From Anthoceros angustus (lineage: Eukaryota; Plantae; Anthocerotophyta), in assembly GCA_010909165.1 (NCBI GenBank), contig VJWM01000119.1, forward strand, positions 682,001 through 746,000: a DNA stretch of 64,000 nt. The letters run 5' to 3'. Shown here in pieces: positions 1-11,223 of this stretch; within the stretch, counting starts at the first letter, position 1; each line of letters begins with the position of its first letter. Both the position numbers and the translations under genes were made by a program. The notes beneath the pieces are model-generated. The model saw only the letters and a program-made list of their open reading frames with translations, was not told the DNA's origin and searched no databases.

Positions 1-1476
1 GATGGAGAGTGGCTAGCAGGCTGTTGCTGCTCCGAGGTGTGCCTGCGCTGAGTACGCTCCCATATCCTGCTGGGATCGCCCGGGATGACCTAATTCTGGT
101 TGAACTGTGGCAGGGGGAGAGGAACCTTGGGCTGCATTTTGGTGATAATTTTTTGTTGGTCTCCTGTCAAGGAGCAAGACTGGGTGCGGGAGTTCCACGA
201 CCTCCAGGACTTCTTGCTGGCTTGTCAAAGGTAGTGCTTTCTGTCTGCTCTGATCCAAATGGTGGAGTTAGAGGGAACGTAGCAGAACGCGTCCATGGGC
301 CTTGGGTGGATGGACAATCACGCTCATTTTTCGGAAAGTCAAGGTAAGGCACAAGGGAAATTCTTGGGAGTGGATGTGAAAGAATAGGTATGTCTTTGCT
401 TCGCAGCGCAGACCTGATAGATATGAGGCACTCTGGCTACTATCGTTTATAGGTGAAGGATATCATTGAGAGTGATGATGAACTAGTCAGTACTCCGCAG
501 GTGCAAATGTTGTATGTGGGAGTCCGTGAAGAACAGCGGTCGGTTCTTACAGGAGATGGCCCTTGGCTGTTAATGATATAAGTCTGCAAGCACGAAGAGA
601 AGTCGAGGAATTAGCTACCAAATTTTCATCACGAGCTCTCTCTCGTCCTCTAAAACAGATCCTGAGTTTGTAGATCGGAGATCCAAGAAGGTCTGACACG
701 AGGTTCTCGACTTCATTCCTGCACTGACGCGCAGGCCACCAATTTCTGAATGTCTTGGAGTCTAATTACATCACGATAAACAGATCTCCGGATCTGAAAG
801 CAGATACCGAGATTTGATTCAAGAAGCTCGGAAGCCATGGCAGTCAGCTAAATCGGCTCCGGATCATGGAAGTCTCAGCATTAACACAATTTCCAGATCC
901 ACCAGCAGCAAGCAAGCTGGGAGGGAAAGCGAAACACGCTGAATTTGCCATGAGCACGAGTTTGCCGGAACGGAGAAAACTGATGACTCTCTATCTGGAT
1001 GTTACGGTGCGTCCGATGCGCAGAGAGGTAATGCGGGCAGATGCTGTCATTACAATCCAATCCAGAGTTTTTTTTCACCTGAAACAGGTACCAAGTTTCA
1101 AAATCCAATGTGCATCACAGCTGCGCTCACAGAAATTTGCCTTGACAGCATCAATCTCTTTACCTCGATAGCATCAATCTCCAATTTCCAATTGCACTTG
1201 CATCAGGAACTCCCAAAGCCCTTTTCTTCCCTGCGCAGGGTACGAACTGAAAAGCCACCACAGGTACATGCACACTGTATGCGGACAAGCTGAAAAACAT
1301 TAACATTGACAGTCAATAGAAACTTCGCAACTTCATTGATCAGTCAATAAGCTCATGACCTGGTCAGTGTAGAGATCAGATGTCAAGCATCAGAGTTGAT
1401 ATTAAAACCTAGCAGAAGAAAAGTTCTCTCTGCTCTCAAGCTTTTCAGCATCATTTCTGATAGTTCTTGTTTGTTC

Positions 1477-4400
1477 TCATGGTCGACCCTGACAACTGCA
1501 AGAACCAGCTGCAAATCGATGCACACGGTACCCATCCCTTACAACAATGTCCCTCTTCTCCACCCTTGACATGATCTCCGTGGAACTGTGGCAGTCGCTG
1601 CACATGCGTAGATTCTTTGTTACCAACAGAGGTGTGCCACTTGGAGTGTTCAAGAGACCAAACGCCAGAGCTAACTTCTCTGCATGTCCGCAAAGCATTT
1701 CTTCCTTTTCCTCCTCAGACAGTGGCTTCAAAACCAACTTTGTATGTGGTATGTGGCCCCCTTCCTGCTTCAGACGTGAATTCATGCCCTCTACCTCGAG
1801 GGAAATCTTATCTTTGTTTTCTCCCACCACAAATGTATGTATCTGCTTCTTCACCTCAATGCCCGCCATTGCAGGTTTCTTGTAAGCTCCTGCAACTAAT
1901 CTCTGCGTTTCAATCCTGTTCACATCGGTCCACCTACCTGCATCTGCATACGCATTGGCCATGAGAACATATGCAGATGCACTCTGAGGCTCCAGTCTAA
2001 CGAGACTTTCAAAACACCGCATTGCCCTCTCCATATCCCCGTGATTTTTGCAGGCATTCAGCAAAGATGTCAACCCAACAACATTACTTCGACTCTCACA
2101 TGACAATAGCATGTCCTCTGCCTCATCTAAATGGCCTGCCCGCCCAAAAAGGTCAATCATGCAATTGTAATGCTCAATACTAGGTTTGATGCCATGCTGT
2201 TTAGCCATGGAATCAAAGTGCTTGCGACCCTCAGTTACGAGTCCCCCTTGACTGCATGCTACTAAAAGGCAGGTAAAAGTAGCATCAGCAGGCTGAATAC
2301 CTGCGACCAACATCTCCTCAAAACAAGCTAGTGCTCTGTCACCACCAGCACAAGTACCATACCCACCTATCAGGGCCGTCCATGTCACCACATCCTTTCT
2401 GGCCATGCTGTCAAAAACCAGACGTGCATCTTCCAGTTCGCCACACTTTGCATACATGTCGACCAGGCAATTGCCCACCAGTATATTATCAAGCTGTCCT
2501 CTTTCCACTATCTCCGAGTGCAGCTGCCTGCCCTTCTGCAGGGCACCAGCACTTCCACAGGCCTTCAGAAGGCAAGCGAAAGTAACCTGGTCAGCCACAA
2601 TCAGGCCCTCCTGCTCCATTTGTCCATACAGAACAAGCGCCTCCTGACCAAGTCCTTGCTGTGCATACCCAGCAATCAGGGCATTCCAGGTCACCACATC
2701 CTTTGTGGCCAAGCTGTCAAACACCCGGCGTGCATCTTCCAGTTCACCACACTTTGCATACATGTCCACGAGGCAGTTGCCCACCAGTATGTTATCTAGC
2801 TGTTCTCTTTCCACTATCTGAGAGTGCAGCTGCCTGCCCTTCTGAGAGTCGCCAGCACTTGCACAGGCCTTCAGAAGGCAAGCAAAAGTAACCTCGTCAG
2901 CCACAATCAGACCCTCTTGCTTCATTTGGCCATATACAACAAGCGCCTCTTGGCTGAGCCCTTGCTGTGCATACCCAGCAATCAGGGCATTCCACGTCAC
3001 CACAGTTTTTGTGGCCAGGCTGTCAAAGATCCTTCGTGCATCTTCCAGTTCACACTTTGCATACATGTCCACCAGGCCCGTACCCACAATAATGTTATCC
3101 AGCAGTCCTCTCTGGACAATCTGTGAGTGCAGCTGCCTGCCCTTCTGTAAGGCACCAGCTTGCACAGGCCTTCAGAAGGCAAGCAAAAGTAACCTCGTCA
3201 GCCATAACCACGCCCTCCTCCTCCATTCGTCCATATAGAACAAGCCCCTCTTGGCCGAGCCCATGGTTTGCATACCCAGCTATCAGGGCCGTCCATGTCA
3301 CAACATCCTTCGTGGCCAAGCTGTCAAAAACCCTGCGTGCATCTGCCAGTTGGCCACATTTTGCATACATGTCCACCAGGCAGTTGCCCACCAGTACGTC
3401 ACCTAGCTGTCCTCTTTCCACAATCTGAGTGCAGCTGCCTGCCCTTCTGTAAGGCACCAGTGCTTGCACAGGCCTTCAGAAGGCAAGCAAAAGTAACATG
3501 GTCAGCCACAATCAGACCCTCTTGCTTCATTTGGCCATATACAACAAGCGCCTCTTGGCTGAGCCCTTGCTGTGCATACCCAGCAATCAGGGCATTCCAC
3601 GTCACCACAGTTTTTGTGGCCAGGCTGTCAAAGATCCTTCGTGCATCATCCAGTTCACCACACTTTGCATACATGTCCACCAGGCCCGTACCCACAATAA
3701 TGTTATCCAGCAGTCCTCTCTGGACAATCTGTGAGTGCAGCTGCATGCCCTTCTGTAAAGCACCGGCATCTGCACAGGCCTTCAAAAGGCAAGCAAAAGT
3801 AACCTCGTCAGCCATAACCACGCCCTCCTCCTCCATTCGTCCATATAGAACAAGCCCCTCTTGGCCGAGCCCATGGTTTGCATACCCAGCTATCAGGGCC
3901 GTCCATGTCACAACATCCTTCGTGGCCAAGCTGTCAAAAACCCTGCGTGCATCTGCCAGTTGGCCACATTTTGCATACATGGCCACCAGGCAGTTACCCA
4001 CCAGTACGTCACCTAGCTGTCCTCGTTCCACAATTTGTGAGTGCAGCTGCCTGCCCTTCTGTAAAGCACCAGCGCTTGAACAGGCCTTCAGAAGGCAAGC
4101 AAAAGTAACATGGTCAGCTACAATCACGCCCTCCTCCTCCATTAGTCCATGCAGAACAAGTGCCTCTTGGCCAAGCCCATGATTTGCATACCCACCTAAT
4201 AGCGCATTCCATGTCACTACATCCTTCGTGGTCAAGCTGTCAAAGATCCTGCGTGCATCTTCCAGTTCCCCACATTTTGCATACATATCCACCAGGCCGT
4301 TGCCAACAAACAAGTTAGGAGGCATGTCACTCAGCAACACATCCGAGTGCACTTTTCTGCCAGATTCCACGTCCGCAGCTAATGCGCAAGCTTGAAGAGC

Positions 4401-5294
4401 TGCAACAAAGACGTGAGCATCCGCCTTCACACCCGACCTACCCATCTCATTGTACAGTTGTATGGCCTCATTAGGTCTCCCATGTTTAGCATGTGCGGAG
4501 ATTATGGAATACCACATAAAGGCATCTGGTCTCCTCACCCTGGTGAACACATCCATGGCCTCCTGTAGCCTACCTCCAGATGCATACATGCGCAAGATAT
4601 GATTCCCCAAATACGCATTTGACTCGTACCCAAGTATGATAATGAGATGATGAACTCGTCGTCCCACAACCATATCCTTCTTAGCTGCACACAGTCTTAG
4701 CAAATTATACAACAGAGACTGAGAAATAGGACTGTCTGTCTGCGCCAGAACTTCCAGGGCTCCAACGGCCTCTGTAAGCTTCCCCTGCTTACATAACGTG
4801 CCGACGGTCACAGCCTTTACGACGCCCATTTCTGATCCTGCCTGCTTGCCAGACTCCGGCATATCTGAGGAGCTGGACGTGGATGGAGAGGCACCATGAC
4901 CCATGTGCATATCCAAAGAAACGAGCTGATCATCCACCCAAGCTGGCTTGAAGTTTAACCAGAGGGCCTCCCCGGACCCCTTACGCCGGAAGTCAGGGGA
5001 ACGAGAGCTCTGTTTATCCCGCCTGTTATCCCACCACATGGCGGGGTTCCCAAAAAATTGTCTCCACAAGAGCTCCTGCTCCTGCTCGTGGAGACCACCA
5101 TTGGTGGAGAATGCTTCCCCAGCCAACGATTGCCTCGGAAGCACTGGGTTGCTTACACTGCTACACCTGGAGGCTTGGTTGTCTGCTGGAGGTTGACTTC
5201 CCAACGTAAGGTGAGCGGGAGCTCCTTGCAAAATCCCTGTACCCCCACTAATTTTTTGGGTCCAGAACGAATCCGGTTGCCATACTCTGGCCAT
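1477..5294 (-). CDS. Gene A: PDF-motif + PLS-PPR + E1/E2 + DYW:KP (GRP) RNA-editing factor; frameshifts near 3427 and 3159, probably consensus errors
   Basis: ORFs 3399-5294, 3095-3469 and 1477-3165 join into one PLS array ending KKPAMAGIEVKKQIHTFVVGE...HAEKLALAFGLLNTPSGTPLLVTKNLRMCSDCH...HRFAAGSCSCQGRP. The breaks are 2-bp losses inside a ~610-bp internal tandem duplication. Confidence 0.9.
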
Positions 5295-6053
5295 CTTACA
5301 GGCACCGCTCTTAGAACATGACCATGTGGGCTGTGGCAGGATGCCGACATAACCGCAGAACAGAAATGCAGTCCTCGTACCTCGCGTAGTTAAGATTGAT
5401 ACTGTTGTGGGTCCATGGGCCTAATATCAACTTGAAAGCAGGATTCAGCCCCTTTTGTGTTGTGGGCATGATGCGTGAAATGCCTGTACTGTGTGAACGT
5501 TTGTAGCCTGTTGAAACGAAGGAATGCCCGACCAGAAATCCAAATCGACTAAAGTACGCACGTACGCACAACACAACTCAGGGATATGCTGCCTATCAGA
5601 CTGGTGAGAATGTGAATCCATCAGTAGGTGACTCGCCATGGCCCTGAATGTGCATGGGTTCGAACCCTGTCCTGACATACTATACCTCGTCTCAGTTTAC
5701 ATTTTATCAAGCTCCCCTGGGGCGGATGACTACTGGGATGGGGTGCTTACCCCATGAAGCTTGTAAGCGTCGAGGACCTCTGTCAATCCGAGCCAGGAAT
5801 AAAGTTTCACCACCTACAGAAAAAGTCTGCATTCCTTACACACTGCAGTTGAGGCAATTCATGGATCATACGCACAGGACCCAACAGAGCTTAGAATCAT
5901 GCTTGTTGATAGGCCCCACGACCATCTCCGCCTGTGTGTCATTTTGATGTTGCATGGTACAAGAGTTTCACTCTGTTTTGCGGTTACGTAGGCTCGCTGC
6001 CATAGCCTGCATGGTCTTGATGCGTCTCACCTTCAGAGATCGGTCCCTGCAAC

Positions 6054-9000
6054 ATGGCTAAAGTATGGCAACCGGATCCCTTGTGGATTCAACAAATTAG
6101 TGGGTGTACAGAGATTCTGCGAGGAGCTCCCACCCACCTTACAGTAGGGAGTCAACCGCTGGCAAACAATCAAGCCTTCAGGTGCAGCAGTGTGAGGAAC
6201 CCAGAATTTCCGAGCAGATGGATACCTGGAGAAGGATTTTCCAGCGATGGTGGTCGCCAGGAGCAGGAACTCTTGTGGCGACAATTTTTTCTGGATCCTG
6301 CCATGTGGTGGGATAACAGGCGAGGTAAGAAGAGCTCCCGTTCTCCTGACTTCTGGCGTAAGGGCTCTGGCGAGGTCCTCTGGTTAAACAACACGTCCAA
6401 GCCAGCTTGGGTGGATGAGCAGCTCGTTTCTTTGGATATGCAGGGGGGCCATGATGTCTCTCCGTCAAAGTGGAGCTTTGCGGTTAAGCATGAGGGTGAC
6501 CGGCGTGCAGGATCGAAAATGGGCGTCATAACTGCTACGACCGTGAGCACGCTGTGTGAGCAGGGGAAGCTTACTGAGGCCGTTAGAGACCTGGAATTTC
6601 TGGCGCAGACAGACTGTCCTATTTCTCAGTCTCTGTTGTATACTGTGCTTAAACTGTGTGCAGCTAAGAAGAATCTCGTTGCGGGGAGACGAGTTCATGA
6701 TCTCGCAATCGAATTTGGGTATGAGGCAAACGCCTTCTTGGGTAACCATATCTTGCGTATGTATGCATATGGAGGTAGGCTACAGGAGGCCATGGATGTG
6801 TTCACCAAAGTGAGGAGACCAGATGCCTTCATGTGGTTTTCCATAATCTCCGCACATTCTAAACATGGGAAACCTAAGGAGGCCATTCAGCTGTACCATG
6901 AGATGCGTAGGTCAGGTGTGAAGGCGAATGCACACGTTTTTGTAGCAGCCCTTCAAGCTTGTGCATTCGCTGAGGACTTGGAATCTGGCAAAAAAGTGCA
7001 TCGTGATGTTTTGCAGAGTGACATTCTTTCTAACTTATTTGTTGGCAACTGCCTGGTGGACATGTATGCAAAATGTGGTGAACTGCAAGCTGCACGCAGG
7101 GTTTTTGATAGCCTGACCACAAAGGATGTGGTGACATGGAATGCCCTGATATCTGGATATGCAAATCATGGGCTCGGCCAAGAGGCGCTTCTTCTGTATG
7201 GTCAAATGGAGCAAGAGGGACTTATTGTGTATAGCCATGTTACTTTTGCTTGCCTTCTGAAGGCCTGTGCAAGCGCTGGCGCCTTGCAAATGGGGAGACA
7301 GCTGCACTTGCAGATTGTGGAAAGAGGACAGCTAGATAATTTACTGGTGGCTAACTGCTTGGTGGACATGTATGCCAAATGTGGTGAACTTGAAGATGCA
7401 CGCAAGGTTTTTGAGAGCCTGGCCACAAAGGATGTTGTGACATGGACGTCCCTGATAGCGGGATATGCCAATCAAGGGCTTAGCCAAGATGCGCTTTCTC
7501 TGTATGCCGAAATGGAGGAGGAGGGCCAGATTCTGGGTAACCATGTTACTTTTGCTTGCCTTCTGAAGGCCTGTGCCAGCGCTGGTGCCTTACAGAAGGG
7601 CAGGGAGTTGCACACGCAGATTGTGGAAAGAGGACACCTAGATAGCATAGTGGTGGGCAACTGCCTAGTGGACATGTATGCAAAGTGTGGCGAACTGGAA
7701 GATGCACGCAGGGTTTTTGAGAGCCTGGGAACAAAGGATGTGGTGACATGGACAGCCCTCATAGCGGGGTATTCAAATCATGGGCTCGGCCAAGAAGCGC
7801 TTGTTCTCTATGGACAAATGGAGCAGCAGGGCCTGATTGTAGCTGACCATGTTACTTTTGCTTGCCTTCTGAAGGCTTGTGCAAGTGCTGGTGCCTTACA
7901 AAATGGCAGACAGCTGCACTCAGATTGTTGAGAGGACTGCTAGATAGCATTCTTGTGGGCAACTGCCTTGTCGAAATGTATGTTAAGTGTGGCGAGCTGG
8001 AAGATGCCCGCACGGCTTTTGAAAGTTTGGCCACAAAGGATGTAGTGACATGGAATGCCCTGATAGCTGGGTATGCAAATCATGGGCTCGGCCATGAGGC
8101 GCTTGTTCTGTATGGACAGATGGGAGAGGACGGCCTGATCGTGGGTAACCATATTACATTTTCTGTCCTTCTGAAGGCCTGCGCAAGTGCTGGTGACTTA
8201 CAGAAGGGCAGGCAGCTTCACTCTCACATTGTGGAAACAGGACAGCTAGATGACATAGTGGTGGGCAACTGCCTGGTGGACATGTATGCAAAGTGTGGCG
8301 AACTGCAGGATGCGCGCAGGGTTTTTGAGAGCCTGGGAACAAAGGATGTGGTGACATGGACAGCCTGATAGCTGGGTATGCAAATCATGGGCTCGGCCAA
8401 GAAGCGCTTGTTCTCTATGGACAAATGGAGCAGCAGGGCCTGATTGTAGCTGACCATGTTACTTTTGCTTGCCTTCTGAAGGCTTGTGCAAGTGCTGGTG
8501 CCTTACAAAATGGCAGACAGCTGCACTCACAGATTGTTGAGAGAGGACTGCTAGATAGCATTCTTGTGGGCAACTGCCTTGTCGAAATGTATGTTAAGTG
8601 TGGCGAGCTGGAAGATGCCCGCACGGCTTTTGAAAGTTTGGCCACAAAGGATGTAGTGACATGGAATGCCCTGATAGCTGGGTATGCAAATCATGGGCTC
8701 GGCCATGAGGCGCTTGTTCTGTATGGACAGATGGGAGAGGACGGCCTGATCGTGGGTAACCATATTACATTTTCTGTCCTTCTGAAGGCCTGCGCAAGTG
8801 CTGGTGACTTACAGAAGGGCAGGCAGCTTCACTCTCACATTGTGGAAACAGGACAGCTAGATGACATTATTCTGGGCAACTGCCTGGTGGACATGTATGT
8901 AAAATGTGGGGAACTGGAAGATGCACGTCGGGCTTTTGAGAGCTTGGCAACAAAAGACGTGGTGACCTGGACAGCCCTTATATCTGGGTATGCAAATCAT

Positions 9001-10182
9001 GGGCTCGGTCAAGAGGCTCTTGTTCTGTTTGAACAGATGGAGCTGGAGGGCCTGATTGTGGCTGACGAGTTTACTTTTGCTTGCCTTCTGAAGGCCTGTG
9101 CAAGCTCTGGTGCCTTGCAAAAGGGAAGGCAGCTGCACTCACGGATTGTGGAAAGAGGACAGCTAGATAACATACTTGTTGGCACTTGCTTGGTCGACAT
9201 GTATGCAAAGTGTGGCGAACTGCAGGATGCGCGCAGGGTTTTTGACGGCTTGGCCACCAAAAATGTGGTGACATGGAATGCCCTCATAGCTGGGTGTGGT
9301 ACTTGCGATGAAGGTCATAACGCACTAGCTTGTTTTGAGGAGATGCTAGTCGCTGGTATCCAGCCTGATGATGCTACGTTCACTTGCCTTCTAGGAGCAT
9401 GTAGTCATGAGGGACTAGTGAATGAGGGTCACAAGCTATTTGAGGTCATGGCTGAGCATCATGGCATCAAACCTAATGTTGAGCATTACAATTGCATGAT
9501 TGATCTTCTTGGGCGTGCAGGCCATTTAGATGAGGCAGAGAACATGCTACTATCATGTGAGAGCCAAAGCAATGCCGTGGGGCTGACATCTTTGCTGAAT
9601 GCCTGTAAAAGTCACGGTGATGTAGACAGGGCATCGCGGTGTTTTGAAAGTCTCGTTAGGCTGGAGCCTCATTGTGCATCCGCATATGTGCTCATGGCCC
9701 ATGCCTACGCGGATGCAGGTATGTGGACCGATGTAGAGAGGATTGAAACACAGAGAATGACAGCAGGAGCTAACAAGAAACCTGCAGTGGCGGGCATTGA
9801 GGTAAAGAAGCAGGTACATACATTTGTGGTGGGAGAAAACAGAGACGATGAGATTGCGCTGGAGGCAGAGTGCATGAATGCACGTCTGAAGCAGGAAGGA
9901 GGCCATGTACCACACACAAAGCTTGTGTTGAAGCCAATGTCTGAGCAGGAAAGGGAAGATGCCCTTTGTGGGCATGCTGAGAAGCTAGCTTTGGCGTTCG
10001 GTCTCTTGAACACTCCTAGTGGCACACCTCTGGTAGTAACGAAGAATCTACGCATGTGCAGTGATTGCCACAGTTCTACGGAGATTATGTCAAGGGTCGA
10101 ATGCAGAGACATCGTTGTTCGGGATGGCTACCGTGTGCATCGATTTGCAGCTGGTTCTTGCAGCTGTAAGGGTCGGCCGTGA
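6054..10182 (+). CDS. Gene B: PDF-motif + PLS-PPR + E1/E2 + DYW:KP (GRP); frameshifts near 7920-7930 and 8365
   Basis: ORFs 6054-7931, 7862-8368 and 8356-10182 form one array. C-terminus KKPAVAGIEV...HAEKLA...CSDCH...CSCKGRP. Five missing bases all lie in one copy of a two-triplet tandem duplication (copies offset 607 instead of 612 bp). Confidence 0.9.
6270..6436 (+). other. OSB-type PDF motif at the N-terminus of gene B. Homologous copies: ~4911-5073 (A), ~13137-13303 (C), ~14041-14210 (D, degenerate), ~20849-21016 (E), ~27061-27228 (F), ~32200-32365 (G), ~43915-44010 (H, remnant)
   Basis: LLWRQFFLDPAMWWDNRRGKKSSRSPDFWRKGSGEVLWLNNTSKPAWVDEQLVSLD matches my recollection of the OSB1/OSB2 C-terminal PDF consensus LW..FF..P..WWDNR..K.....PDFKHK.TGEALWL...P.W....L. 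No HMM was run. Confidence 0.8.
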
Positions 10183-10626
10183 GAATTGAGGCACTAGCCA
10201 GTGCCTAGCTGGTGAAATTTTTCGTGTGCCAGTCGGGGAAGAAACCGCAGCTGGTTCTTGTAGGAGATGGGTCATGTGGGACGATGCTAAGCGCTTAAAT
10301 TACTTTAATGTTTCAATTAATTTAAGGCACCAGGCATGGCATCTCCGCCTGCAGCTGACATCACATCTCTGCCTGCAGCTTGTTGTATTCATTGGCACAT
10401 GGGAGAAAACCCTGAGTGCAACTGCTCCTTCCCGCTGTTGAGCTCTATCTCTTCCTGCGTGATATGCTTTGGCGCAACTTCATCTTGCGCCAAAACATAT
10501 CACGCAAGGACAAAAGGAACAGGACTATCCCTCTCCCACTTTACAGCATTTTTCACAAAGCAGCATTCACAAACAGCCTGAACAAATGGGCAAGTTCTGG
10601 GGAACCCAAGAACTTCCCGTGCGTAA

Positions 10627-10688
10627 CAAGAATTGTCTGAAGCCTCTCCACCCTGTCCAAGAATTGTCTGAAGCCTCTCCACCCTGTC
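10627..10688. repeat. 31-bp perfect tandem duplication
   Basis: caagaattgtctgaagcctctccaccctgtc x2. Confidence 0.9.
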
Positions 10689-11223
10689 GAGGTGCACCGT
10701 ATTAGAATATCGCTCGGTCATACTTCGAAAATTCTGTTCCCCAACCATGGCTCGTGAACAGAATCGGGACTGGACTTGGCAAGAGATATATCGAATACCT
10801 CCAGCCCTTCCTCGACCTGGCCAAAATGGGTTGTTCATTGAGCTCCTCGCAGCACAAGACAACAACACGCATATCGGAGAACGCCCTTCCCAACCTGTAC
10901 CAATCCCGGCTACTAATTCGTTGAGTTGCGAACCTGTACATTGTGCAAGTTTCAGTTGGAGAGCAACTCCAACTGCAGGGTGCGAAGTTGCGAGGCTTGT
11001 TTACCGACGTTTAATTGCAGGGCGGGGGCTTGTGTAAGCCATCCCAACTTGTCCAGACGAAGCTGCTACGACAACATAGTCTCCTGGCTCCAGATTGTAT
11101 GCAGGATATAGGGGTATGTCACCTGACGACTGCCCAACTCCTGTGGGAAGCACTGAAGGTCCTTCGCCCGACTCCCACAAACAACTTTTCACCTGTTCAG
11201 CACTGGCTAGTTCTTGTTCGTTC

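Noticed and set aside
1-1400. Short ORFs at the window start and in intergenic regions (10.2-11.2 kb, 17.4-18.1 kb, 35.1-37.3 kb)
   Set aside because: No recognisable domains or consistent coding signal. Possibly TE debris, but not assignable from sequence alone.
3268-4182. Long antisense ORFs over the PPR arrays (also 32881-33837, 11015-11734, 16866-17585 and many shorter ones)
   Set aside because: These are shadow frames of the repetitive PPR/DYW coding strand. They recur wherever the PPR does and show no independent domain signal.
7915-7935. Programmed frameshifting as an explanation for the recurrent breaks
   Set aside because: The breaks are simple deletions relative to intact sister repeats, and they cluster in duplicated, poorly polished blocks.
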